Below are positions 12,960-25,987 of a stretch of 64,000 nucleotides of DNA, piece after piece. The notes under the pieces are model-generated. The model saw only the letters and a list, made by a program, of their open reading frames with translations. It was not told where the DNA came from and did no database searches. Made by a program: the position numbers and the translations under genes. The stretch is from Amphiscolops sp. MND2022 (taxonomy: Eukaryota), in the NCBI GenBank assembly GCA_964187785.1, contig OZ076409.1, positions 87,608,001-87,672,000 of the forward strand. Reading direction: 5' to 3'. Each line of letters begins with the position of its first letter. The first letter of the stretch is position 1.

Positions 12960-13910
12960 ATTTCATCACTTCTACATCGTTACTGAAAAGCAACATTAGA
13001 TGCATTGCTTGAGCGATGGAAAACACATGAATTCAGGATTTAAATCATGACTGTTGCTCTAGTGCTTCATTTTTCATCTTCTTTCACCGCTTATAATTTA
13101 AAACTAGTTTGTGTTTTCGTCTCTCATGACTTGATCTTTGTTTTGGATTTTCTACAATGTTTTAAACACATAATGCACAGTATTAGATTCAGAGGCCTCA
13201 TAATAGCTAGTACATAGCTGACACTCAAGGAAGCGGGTTTACTTATTATTATAGTAGAGTTGCACGCAATCCTGAATTTTATTATATGATTTCATCGTGC
13301 CCTTATATAAGTTTTTTGACATAGACATACAGTACTGTGACTGTACTGTCACATCGAGTGAAAATCATGTAAATTGAGGAAATTTTACTTTTTCAGCCTG
13401 ATAATTCGGAACCGGTTGATCTATTTTGAAATCAAAATACATCAATTAATTCAGTAGATTTGTGGGAGTTAATTGAGCATAAAACGTGCCAAAAAAAGTG
13501 TGGATAAAGCGGTCAAAAATTGGGAAAACGTCAAAAGTCCCAAATTTGCTCAAAATCAGCTATTTGTAACTTTCTCAGTTTTTGTCCCAGAAAAATTTGA
13601 AAAGCACTAATGTAAACTAGCTGAAATTCTAAGAAACTTTTATCTCTGATGTTTTTCAAATTTCTCAACCGATTTCGAGAAAATCGAGCCTAAAGTCGCC
13701 CAGGGACGTTTTTCTTAATCACAGTACTGTATCGGACTGAATTAAGTATTATTTGCTTCGTATATTATAAACCGTTCTATATTTCCATCATTCTGTCATG
13801 AGGGCAAGTCACTTTGGAACCACAGCTTTAAAAGGACTACTGCTTGACAATTCAGTTGAAAATAAGGTACCATAGTATGCTATTGGGAAATTCGAAAAGG
13901 GGCGACTTAG
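12960..13910 (+). repeat. Duplicated segment, copy 1 (carries a MITE; empty site for the Gypsy insertion)
   Basis: Aligns by eye with 16867-17427, with 33431-33591 plus 36709-36745, and with 63693-64000. Confidence 0.8.
13330..13729. mobile_element. 400-bp Tc1/mariner-type MITE
   Basis: TIRs CAGTACTGTGA / TCACAGTACTG with a TA duplication (13328-13329 and 13730-13731). The element is absent from the paralogous site at ~17270. Confidence 0.8.
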
Positions 13911-16900
13911 AGAAACGGAACTGCTCTTTCGGCTTCCACCACCCGGAATAGGAAAAACACACTTTTCTAATTCCTCGTTTCTCTCGCTTCAAAATCAACC
14001 AGTTTCCTTAGCAAATCCAGACGAACTTTCCGTTTTCGAGAATTTTTGTTCAAAAATTTGGCAGTTTCTTTTTTGCAAAAGTCCGACGTCATTTAGAAAT
14101 GCGTACTGGTACCTACATGTTGCGATCCTGAGCCCATCCATTTTCTAATTCAGGGAAACCTATCAAAATGTCTCAACAAAAATGGGAGTATGTAGTCGAC
14201 AAACGAGAAATTTCGGAGTTTCTGTCTCTTTTGTTCTGAAAGCCGAATAGATTTATTTAATCTTCTTTCCCAAATAGCATTTTAAAAAGCCCATTGTTTG
14301 AACATTCATGTCAATGGAATTTCTATTCCATGAGAAATTTTGTTCACTACGAGACTTCCCCATCCCTTTTCGCTTTGTAGACTTCAAAAAAATTTAAAGC
14401 CTCCAAATATCCTCCTTTCGATTTCTGTGATATTTTGTATGATTGTTAAAAATACCAAAGGGTCTCCCTTTCAAATTTTTTGGCTCTATGAAATTGTTCA
14501 AAATTCTCGTTTTGGTCTTATATTATATTTTCTGATAGCCATCGACAATTTTTTTCAACACTATCCGGTTTTTTGAGACCTATGCGTCTTTTTTCTATTT
14601 TAATTCATTTCTTACTAGAAACCAAAGATTCTGCGAGCAGAGAAAAATCCGTAGGGTTTTCGGCACTATCCAATTTACAAGAGCAATTTGAAAAAATATT
14701 GAAAATTTTTTCCCTGTTTCTAGCTGCGGAAAAAATGATTTTTGAGTCTTGTGCGTATCCATATGGGTATTTCTGGCACTGATAGATGGAAATTCAAAAA
14801 CATTGTCCTTTTGCATCATTTAAAAGTTTTGCTTTTTCGATCTGTGAGCGACTTGGGCAGTTCCGGGCTTGTTTATGCCATTATATGCTTCAAATTTGGC
14901 CAAAAATTGTAGGGAAAAACTGCATGCAAACGTCAAAAATTGTGAAAAACTTGAACGTTTCGAATCATTCTGAGGCGTGCTGGGAACCTCTAGTTATATC
15001 CTTTGGAGTTTTTGGAGCTATTATCTCACCAACGTCTCAAACTTCAAAAGAAATATATCTAAAAAAATCACAAACTGGAAAATTTTGATGTTTTCCACAA
15101 CTTCGGGGTCAATTAGTGGCTCTTTTTCTTCAAAAACTGCTATTCTTTTCCAAAAGCCCAGTTTATAACGCATTAGTTGGTCGTTTAAAATCTTTTTTAT
15201 TCAAAAACAAAACTTTTTTTGTCACTTTCACAAAATTTGTAAAATGAAAATGTCAAAATAAGGAAAATTTTGGACTTCGATCGTTTTATGTCGATCTGTG
15301 TAATGTTCTATCCAAAAAACTTTCAGTTTTCCTATCAAAGACGTACTGCCTGGCTAGTTGTTTCATCTGGAGCTCTTAAAACCCCCTACTCACAAAATTT
15401 TATCAAAGTTGCACAAAGAATCCAACAAATTGTCAAATTTGATAATTTCTACTTGTTGTGGGGTCAATTTTTGACATAAGTCTGCTGATATCTCTGCAAA
15501 AAAGCTTAGTGGATAATATTTGCAATCATTCTTGAACGGTTTCAACATTCTAACCACGAAACGTTTCATAGGTTCCTCAAAAATTACAATAAAAACGTAC
15601 AAAAACTAAATTTCCCAATTTTTGTGTCATTTGGAGTCGTTCTGAAGTGATTTTGAAGCGAAACACTGCAACTTTTCCTTCGAAAAGGCGTACTGCATAG
15701 CCAGTTGCTTCGTCTTTGAACGTTTTGAATCCTCTAACCCATGAAACACAACGGAAATTGTAGACAAATTGTATGCAAAACAACAAAAACTGGAAGTTTT
15801 TGTTTTTTTTTCTAGTTTTTTGTCAATTTGAGCCAGTTTTATATGAAACAAATGCATACACTGGCCTATTGATTAACGAACGTTTTCCTTGGTGAACGTT
15901 TCCATTGTTTAAATCCAAGAAGTTCATCCAAAATTTGAGAAATATTGCATAGAAACGTTAAAAGTTGGAAAATTTTGCAGATTTTGTCATTTTGAGGTCG
16001 TTTTGGGGTCATTCTCGGGCCATTTCGGTCACACCCATAATTGTCTAAAAATCTCAACAAATACATATCGAATGAAACTAAATTTATTTTTATTGAATTC
16101 TATGGGTGAAACCCTTCAATTTGGATATAAATTTGGGAATTGTCAAATATTGGAAAAACGCGAAAAATAAGACTCTATCTTCGTTGGTGATTTTTTTGTT
16201 TAATGAAGAGAAGCCATTTTGCCACAGTCGTTTTCCCGAATCGGTTGGCTTGTTCATTTATCACATTACAACAATAACCAATTTTTTACTGATTTGTTTC
16301 GTTGTCAATGGTGTGATGGGCAATTACATGGTCCACGCAAGGTTTCTGTTACTTTAGTTTATTTCAAAAATTGTTGCCTAAGATTGCAATATTCGTTTTG
16401 TTGGGGTCAACGAGCTGCCAGAACTTGAAAAGTAGGTGACTCGCACTTTTGGTTTCTCGTTGGAGAAAGATGAATAGAACTTGGAAGTCGGGGAAAAGGT
16501 TCACTTGGTTTCAGGGTGTAAAAAGGTGTCTGGGTCAAGTCAAGTGTATCTGACAGGTTTATGAAAAGTAAAAAATGAAAAGGGGGACCTTTTGCAATAA
16601 CTCAGATGCGTTTCCCAGGTATTCGTTTAGTTGAGCAACCTGAACAAAAATTAAAGAAAAACAAAAAGTCTCGAAGTCTAGAACAAAAAACCCTAAAACG
16701 AAAAGTCTGTTTTTTTTTCAAAAGAAAAACAAAAAGAAAACAAACGAGTGACTGTAATAGTCGGGCTCTTTTTTTAAATCTAAAAGCGCCGACTAAAACC
16801 AAGGTCTCGCCAGCGTCACACCAGGTCTGTACGACTCAGGAGTGAAACTTCTCCATCAAAGATTTGATTTCATCACAGTTACATCGTTACCAAGTAGCAA

Positions 16901-17427
16901 CACTAGACGAAGGAAAACACATGAATTCAGGATTCAAGCCATCACAGTTGCTCTGACGCTTAGCTGGCTGTCGTGTTTCATTTTTCATGTTCTTTCATTG
17001 CTTATCATATAAAACTAGTTTTTGTTTTCTCCTCTCATGACTTGATCTGTTTTGGATTTTCTACAACCTTTTAAACACATAATGCCCAGTATTAGTATTA
17101 GATTCAGAAGGCTGATAAGAACTTGTGACATTGCTCACACCCAAGGAATGCGTTTTAATAAAATGACAATAGAGTTAACATCCTTGAATAGTGCTCACAT
17201 CCTTGAATCTCATTATATGACTTCATATTGCCCTTATTGCCCTTGAACCTTTTAGTATGATTGACATAGATATTTCTGACTGCATCAAGTATTAATTGTT
17301 TTGGTATATAACACGTCGGTCGTTCTATTTTCCTATCATGCTGGCATGAGAGTAAGCCACTTTGAAACCACAGCTTCAAGAAGACCAATGCTTTGCAATT
17401 CAGTTGAAAATAAGGTACCATACCTTG

Positions 17428-19265
17428 TGTCGCCAGGCTACACTTGCGAGATGTCCGGGTGCAGCACCGATAAGCAGATCAACTCTGTAACACCCTTCAC
17501 GACACCAGAAAATTCAATTCCGACGTTATAGGCTTTGGAAAACATTCAACTTGTACCATAAACCGAGAAACTTGTTCTCAAATAGATGTTCTTGTTGCTA
17601 TTTCTCATAAATGTTCAATATAAACCGTTTGTTGACGTTGATTTGCAAGGTTTATTGCCCTAATTGATTTAATAGCAGTTTAACCGTTGAGAAATACAGA
17701 AGAAAAAAGAGAAAACGTTTAATAAACTAGTCATTAGTAACAATGTTACTAATTTGACCAGAAGCAAACCCCTATTTTTACTCTCCAGCTATATTGTAGG
17801 AGATTCTGTCATACAAAGCGGTAATTTCCACATAACAGCCTATTTATATCGTGATTATGCAAGAAGTGTGCGAAAACAGTATGATGTTTCATTTTGTAAA
17901 CAGCATAACAAACCATCCGCTCTAAGTACTAGTGGATTATGCTGCATTATGCAGTTTGTATTAATCAGCATATACTGTATTTCTAGTGAAACAGCATAAT
18001 ATGAACACATATACTGATGCTTATGCTTTACTTTGTACTATGCGGAAATCACTCAGAAACAGTATGATGATTTAACTTGGAAACAGCATATGCAGAAATC
18101 ACTCAGAAACAGTATGATGACACAACTTAGAAACAGCACATACAGAATTAACCAAGATACGGCATGAGGGACTGACACAGAAACAGCCTATGCGGGAATT
18201 TCAGGAAAACAGCATGATGTTCGCACTCTAAAACAGTATATTGAACGCCAATAACACAACGCTACCCAACTATGCTGCATTATGCGGTTTTCACAAAACT
18301 GCATATGCAGAATTATATTGGAAAACAGCAAAAATTGCATAATAAGCTGCATTAATCCGCCGCTACCTTGATGCTTTATTTAGACCTTCTAGGGATATGA
18401 TGTCATGATTTATTTGTAACTTCTGACCCTAGAAACATGACGTTATGATGATTTATATAAAATTGCTGGTCATGCTACTAAAAATACCATCCAATGAAAG
18501 CATTTGAAGAGAGACCCTGAAAACCACGTTTTCCCCACATGCATACAACTGAAATCACACTCGGAATACAGTCACCTAAATCAGAGAAACACTTTTCATC
18601 ACCTTAAAGTCTTGCAGTTTCTTCTTTTGTAAAAATAACTCCAAGTTTTCATTTTAAACAATATCTTTGAAAATAAAAAATTCTTCGCAACCTAAAATTG
18701 TTTTCAACATGGGAAATAGAAGAAATAGACGTAAAAGAAGAACAGTATCCCAATCTCCAGATAGAGACTAGAATACTTCAGAAACAAGTCTTTTACAAGG
18801 TAATGCGACTTCAACTCAACTAATGTTTCTGAAAATTAAATAACATCTTCGACAGGAACCTAGGTATTGAGTTGACAGACCCTTCACAAATCAGCAATGA
18901 AATTGAGGTAATCTCACAAAGGCTAAAGGAACAAAATAATGCTAAGATCACACAGATTGAAGAACAACTAAATAGCAAATTTGATGAGATACTTGAAGAA
19001 ATCAGAACAAATAAAAACCATAATGTAACAACTAATGGAGAGGATGTCGAGAGTAGACCAACCCGGCCTTCTAACTCAAAAGGTAAGAGTCTCAGGAGTG
19101 AACACGCATCAAACACGACAATAGAAAGAGATCAGGATGATCGGTTCTACCCATCCGAAATGAGTGAACTAAGACAACCATATACTGCTCTTGGAATTGA
19201 AAATGAAACTCTAGACGAAACCATTACAATAAACAAAAACAGACAGGAAAACACCGATCATCACA
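17428..19265 (+). repeat. 5' LTR (1838 bp) of the Gypsy element, with ~50-bp internal tandem repeats
   Basis: Homologous to 33592-36708 once the inserted transposon is removed. Tandem TGCGGAAATCACTCAGAAACAGTATGATG units lie at ~17860-18240. Confidence 0.92.
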
Positions 19266-20301
19266 TGGTGACAGGATCTCCCAAGATTACCCTGAAACAG
19301 AGTTCTACTAAGTCCAACACAATAAAGCCAATCGGACCACACGCAGAAACTCTTCTCGAACATCCTCAAACATCAGACCCCGTCAGCCAATTTGCATTAG
19401 CAATTGAAAAACAGGCACGCAAAAACCCAGAACTCTCAATCTTCCACCCGAGAAACAAACTTACCTTTAACGGTAAATTAGAGAAGAATGAAAAGTTCGA
19501 GTACTTTGAAGATCTCATGAAGATGTCTGAAAACACTCAAGAACATACAAAGAACATCTACGACAACACTTGAAGACATCCTAGTAGTCTTCCGCAGAAA
19601 GTATGTCAAGCCCAAATCTAGCGCTTCAGCCAAACATAGATTTAGCAGGCTTATGTTCCAACCCGAAAACCAGAAGCTAATCAACTTTCTTGAAGACCTC
19701 CAAGAGCGCGCGGAAAAAGCATTTGGGGAAGCAGCGCCACAAAAGATCGAAAGCCTCATATACGCAAAAATGCTTCCCCACTTGAAGAAATCAAACAACC
19801 ATGTGTACCTTGAAAATGGTACATATGAACAAATCGTTTGACACCTAGAACGCGAAATGGAGCTCAACCGACTCGAAGCGGATGAGCCCATTGTCAAAAC
19901 GCAGATGACAGCAGTAAAACAGCAAACTAACTCACAAAACACTGAAACTCCGTCACAAATTACAAAAACAAAGACAAAAACTCCCAACACAGTACCCAAT
20001 AACACTCTTCAGAACAATCAATGTCGTTATTGCAAGGACGATGGCCACATGGCAAAAAAAATGCCCAAATTTTGCAAAGCGACAAAAATCGGACAATGAT
20101 CCAGATGCATCACGATGCTCCCATTGTAACACCACAGGTCATGAAGAAACCAATTGTTATGTTGAAGCCAACATGGAAAATCAGCTACCTAAGTGGACAC
20201 TCACAGAAACTCAACAAAAACTCATTGATGAGTACAAAAAATCAAACAAACCCATCAACCCCCAAAACTTGAAACCTTCAACATCGGAGGATTTAAACTA
20301 A
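18709..20301 (+). pseudogene. gag: Gypsy gag-like ORF (starts inside the LTR; stops and frameshifts)
   Basis: MGNRRNRRKRR start at 18709; ORF pieces 18872-19573, 19653-19841 and 19857-20301; knuckles CRYCKDDGHMAKKC and CSHCNTTGHEETNC. Confidence 0.8.
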
Positions 20302-20699
20302 CAAAGCCACGCCTTCGAACAACAACACCACGAAAACAACTCTCAGCAGATGACTGGCAGCATCCGCCGAGCTCAAAACCTAATATAATCACAGTCTTCG
20401 ATCTCAACTTGACCAACAATAAAAATGACTCACAAACTGCAACACCTGACAACCCCACCGAGGATCTAAATGACTTACTCATAGGTGCTCCAGACAACTA
20501 CATACTGCGACAAATCTTCGAACCTGAAACCGAACAAGAGACACAAAATCAACATCCCAACACTTCGTACCCTCAAGAAACACAAACTGATCACCCAAAC
20601 ACACAATCCACATCAACAACTCAAATTGACGTTGAAGTCACGTCAGAATTAACAAAAACTCCTTGGAAATCACCTGGAAATCACATCACCTGGAAATCA

Positions 20700-21593
20700 A
20701 CCCCTCCTTGACAATGATGTTTTCAATCATCTAACCACAGATGAAGGTAATAACATCATGTACTTAAACCTCTCCACAATTCTTACTCTCAAAAAGAAAC
20801 GCCATATGTAATATTTCCCCATGGATTTCGAAAAGCTAACGCCGGATGGACTCATTGATACAGGTGCTCTTACCAGAGCGTTTTCCGAAGCTGATCCTAA
20901 TTAAAAAAACTCTTAGCAAATGAAGCAAATAAAGATACCGGACCAGCACTAAATTCCCAAAATATGGTGGCAAACGGTCAACTCGAACGCCCCATAGGAA
21001 CTGTCCTACGTGAATTTGAGGTAGCAGATTTCCAGTTCCAAGAAAACTTTATCGTGATGAAGACATTACCTAACCCACTCATTGGCCTGTGCTTCCTACA
21101 GAGACACAATGCTCTTTTCAATGTACGACAGAGAATAATAACATTCCCATACCTGTCGATGCAACTACGCCCAGAACACACAACAAACATACGAGCAGCA
21201 AAACCTCTACTGACAGAAACTACATTCACCCTCCAACCTGGAGAAACTCTTGCAATCTCCAACAAAATGCCACACTTGATAGACCACAATTCCACAGGCA
21301 TTGTCACACCGTCTTCACGTATGGAGGACCACGGAAGTATTTTCATTACGTCTTCATTGAAAAAGGTCAACAACAATGCAGTAGGCTATCAAGCGATCAA
21401 TTTCTCGGATATGCCATACACCCTTCCAATAGATACACACATGGCTGATTTCCGAGTTCTTACACCAGAACAAATCAAACACATTAAACCCGTCGACCCA
21501 TCGACTCTCACAATCATAATGCATCAGCATTTGGAAAACACCGATATATACCTGAACTAACTCATGAAAGTCAATCAAACTCCAGATAAACAG
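20700..21593 (+). pseudogene. pol: Gypsy pol, part 1 (aspartic protease region)
   Basis: LIDTGA at ~20851; MVANGQ...LIGLCFL. The frame rejoins part 2 across the BEL insertion as TPDKQ|ETYWFP. Confidence 0.85.
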
Positions 21594-22444
21594 TGTAACG
21601 GCTGCTTGATCCCTTCACTTGACCAATTTTTACGCCGCCCTGATTTCAGTGCTAGGCACTGCGGATCGTTACCGAACACTGCTTGCTTCTTAGAAAAAAA
21701 GGACTGTATCTTGACTTGGTGGGATCCAATGATCCCGAATTGCACTTCTTCCTTATCTCTTAACACGTCCAACTCTCCACAACTTGAGAGTAACTAACTT
21801 AGTCGCCCTAAGTCTTTGGCGAAAAGTCGAAAAGAGGTGAAGAAATGAATTGAGAATATGTGTGGTCCTGAGACCCACTTTTAATACAGCTTTCCAATCA
21901 ATTTGTGCCTGTCTAGTAATGGTATACATATCGTTTACAGTTATTCGATAAATATGAGTTGAAATATGAAGTATGAATAAATGACATTTAAAGCATAATA
22001 TGAATTTATTTGCTAAGTAAACAAACTATGTGGTGGTTCTGACATGATTTTTAGGTAGGCTAGAAAGTATGTTTACACTAAGTAAATATCATTAATTTCA
22101 ACAGAGCTACAGTCTAATGTGATCATATAGATAACTAATGGTGTTTACATTTTTGGCACAATGACCTTGAATATCGCACATGTGAAGGGGAAAGGGGGTT
22201 ATAGTGGGTGAATGACCTTGAAACTTAGCCGATGTGTCCGTGTTTGGTTGTTGCATGTGTGTGCTAAGTTTCATGGCTCTACGACTTTCAATTGTCGAGA
22301 AAATCCCGACTGGAGGGGTTTCGATTTGGTCCCCTTTGACTTTTCATTAAAATTTCATATAAGTTCTTCAAGAGTTTCAGTCTTGTTTCTCAACCTGCAT
22401 GACCCAAATGGACTTTCTGTGCTTTCGGATGACTAGCGCCAGCA

Positions 22445-25400
22445 TTGCCGGCCCTGTTTTTTTCCCGAAAAACACTTTCGTAGAACAAGGGTTCCAGTTT
22501 CACTACTGGTCTTTTATATTTGCCATCTTTAGTCACAACATTCGCAGATCTGACTCTGCCATCGCTTCCTTCTTGTACTTCCAAAACTCTCGCCATCTTG
22601 TAGTTGGACCGCTTCACCTTTTCATCCACGACCCAAACCAAATCATTCACTCTCAGTTGTCTCACATCATCTTTGTTCCATTTATTACGCACATTCCATT
22701 CCGGTAAATATTCTTTAGCCCATCTGGTCCAGATTATATCTGAAAAAGCTTGTGATACTCTAAATACCCGTCTCAAGTCCGTGTAGCGTTGAGAATCTGG
22801 TAGGAAAGGGTCGCTAAATTTACCCTTCCCAATAAGAAATGATTTGGTGTCAAAGCTTCCAAGTCATCTGGATCATCACTAACACTTGTCAGTGGTCTAG
22901 CATTCAACGTTTGCTCTACTAGGCACATAGTTGTTATGAGAATGTCGTCTGTCAAGGATTGTCCATCCAAAACAGCTATCATCGCTTTTCTACAACTTCG
23001 AACCAATCGTTCCCAGATTCCTCCAAAATGAGGGGCTCCTGGATGGTTGAATTTCCACTTGATGTCCTTTTGAGCTAGCGACGTCTCAATGTCTGACTGA
23101 TTCCATGCATTTACACAATCTCTCATTTTTTGGCTGCACCCACGAAGTTCGTTCTATTGGCGCTCAAAATTGTAGCAGGTTTGCCTCTCCAGGCAATAAA
23201 CCGTGTGATGGCAGTTAAGCAGGTTTCTGCTTCCAAAGATGGAACAACTTCGATGTGTACTGCTCTAGTCGTCAAACAGTTGAAGAGACAGCACCAACTT
23301 TTCATAGTCTTGCGCATGAACTTCACTTCAAACGGACCAAAATAATCAACTCCAGTGTTGGTAAAGGGAAACACTCGTTCCTGCAACCTCTCTCGTTGTA
23401 AGTCAGCCACGAATGTTTGAGACACTCCCGCTCGTTGCTTTCTACATTTAACACATTTCGCTTTGACACTCCTAAGAGCGTTACGCAAACCAATAATCCA
23501 GTATTCTTGCCTCAGAACACGTCTGACGTATTCTGTGCCTTCATGAAAAATTGCTCGATGCGCATCTTCAATCAACTTGATAACAACATAATGCTTTGCT
23601 GACAACAAGATTGGGTGTTTGATTTCATAACTTGACTTTGAATGTTTCAGTCGACCTTGTAGTCGCAGCAACTCAATTTCCTCCAGAAACGGCGACAATT
23701 TATTCAACTGATCTGAAGCCGACAACGGCTGCCCTTTGGAGATCTTCTCGTAGTCATCATGAAAACTTTCCTTCTGACAACGCTTCAAAATTGGCAGTTT
23801 TGCCGCATTGACTTCTTCAACTGTAAGAATTCCTTCAGATTTCTTTTTCCTTCATCTAAGGCAGTATGCCAGCACTCGAATCATTTTCTTGAAAGACCCA
23901 AATCTTTCCCATTTGAATGCTAGTTCCAATACCGCAACTTCCGTGACTGGTTCAGGCTCTTCTCGAATGCTAAATTGTAACTTTTTAGGCGCCTTAGGCC
24001 AGGCGTCTCTGTCTCGGTGAGCCACGCCGGCCCTGTGAGCCACTCACTTTCCTTTAGGGCTTCAACTGTCATTTCTCGAGTTCCGATGTCAGCAGGATTC
24101 AGTTTTCCTTCAACATGCTGCCATTGATCAGTAGTTGAATTTTCGAGAGTTTCAGCATTGCGGTTTGCCACAAAGACCGGTTGTTTGTTGTTGCTTGCGT
24201 GAAGCCAATGTAGGACCGTTGTTGAATCTGTCCAATGTATAAATCGATTGACTTCAATATCATGTTCTTCCAAAATAGGCTCTCGCAGTCTTACTCCAAA
24301 AACTGCGGCCTGCATCTCCATCTTAGCCACTGTCATCTTTTGTTTTGGAGTCTACATTTTCCGATCACAAAGGCCACTTCGCCATTTTCTTGCTTTCTCG
24401 AATAAACAACCATGCACATTGCTTCCAACGACGCGTCTGAGAAAATATGTAGATCTACTTTATTCCCACCTGACTCAAAATATGTCCCTTTGAGGGCCAT
24501 TTGGTTCACATGTATCATCTCTGATGCCCATTTCTTGAATTCATGTCAATTTTTTCATTCAGTTCTTTATCCCACGACTGTCCGTTCTCCTTCCATATTG
24601 ATTTCAGTAGCAGTCGCATTCTTATGGTGGAAGGAAAAACTATTTCCAGAGAGTCGAATAAAGCTGAAACATGGGATAACACCGCTCTTTGTGTTATCTT
24701 CACCGGTATCTCCTTCTGCATGCCTCTACAGACTTCCCGATTGTCTGCGTCAACGTTCCATTGCAGTACCAAGATTGATGGAGAAGTCGGCTCAGCTTCA
24801 AAGGTTTTACTAGAGGACGGTGACTTATCTGCTTGGTCGATAGACGTCATAGTCTGTTCGAAGTTGCTAATCCATTTTGTTAAGTGAAAACCTCCCCTTG
24901 CCAACATCGCTCTCAATAATTTGTAGATTTCAATAGCCTGCTCCGCGCTGGGAACAGACTTGACAAAGTCATCCATATAGATGTTTCGCTTTATCAGTTT
25001 GGTAATTTGTGGGGACCCCTGTGTGTTATCTCTTGCAACTTGTTGCAGAGCATAATTGGCGCAAGTTGGCGAACTTTTAGCTCCAAAGATATGTCTTCCA
25101 TACTCATACACCTTAACGGGTTCATTTGTATTGTCTCGCAATAGAAATCTCAACACTTTATAATCTTCCGTTGGTACTTTCACTTGTAGGAACATCGCTT
25201 CAATGTCAGCAGTGATGGCGATCTTTTGTTCTCTAAACCTGAAGATTATTCCAATCAGATTCTGCAGTAGGTCCGGCCCTGTCAAGAGGTTATCGTTCAA
25301 GGAAACTCCACGGAATTTGGAACCTGCGTTGCATACTCGCCTCACTTTTCCTGGTTTGTTTGGATTTTCTACTGGGTGATTTTCTACCGGTTTCTTTTCG

Positions 25401-25987
25401 AGTCTATACTCCAAAGACTTCATTTGGCTCAATGCCGAAGAATAATTGTTTGGCAAGAAGGGGTCTTTTCTTTTCCAGAGAAGACCAACTTCATATCTTT
25501 CACCATCAAACTTTGTATTTTGTTCTAGCATCTGCAGCGCCTTCTCATCTTCCTTGGACCTTCCAGATACATCGCCGCGAGAGGCATAGGATTCAATGCC
25601 CCACCAAGTTTTAATCTGTTCTGCCAGAGCATCATCTTCAGAAGCTGTTACACAAGATACAGTCATCTGCACAGCTTCTTGCTGTGGAAGTGGCCCAGAG
25701 TGTTTCCATCCATGTTTCGTTTTCACTGCCCATGGCTCACCATTTGTGCCGCTTTTATATTCTTCAGGCCGATGTATAGGGTAGCAGTTTTGTCCCAAAA
25801 TCATTTCTTCTTTGAGCTCCAAGGTTTTTTCGCTTAGTACCGACAAATGGGGGTGGGCATCTTTGAGTTTCCGATAGTCGTATATCTTTGATCCGGCGTC
25901 TATGTTTGGGTGCGTGTAGACTGTCATGTGGTGTGTGTCGCACCTTGCCTTGCCACGAATTCCCACGGTGAGTCGTTCACATTTCAC
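22445..25987 (-). pseudogene. pol: BEL/Pao pol (RT, RNase H, integrase), frameshifted
   Basis: SLNDNLLTGPDL, ADIEAMFLQV, FGAKSSP, YMDD, LHIFSDAS, GVDYFGP, AVHIEVV, PHFGGIWERLV, LTPNHFL and GSDGRVRS. Confidence 0.92.

Noticed and set aside
14880..16060. Possible ~345-bp degenerate tandem repeat and many short ORFs
   Set aside because: The periodicity is only weakly visible by eye, and the ORFs are AT-rich noise with no motifs.
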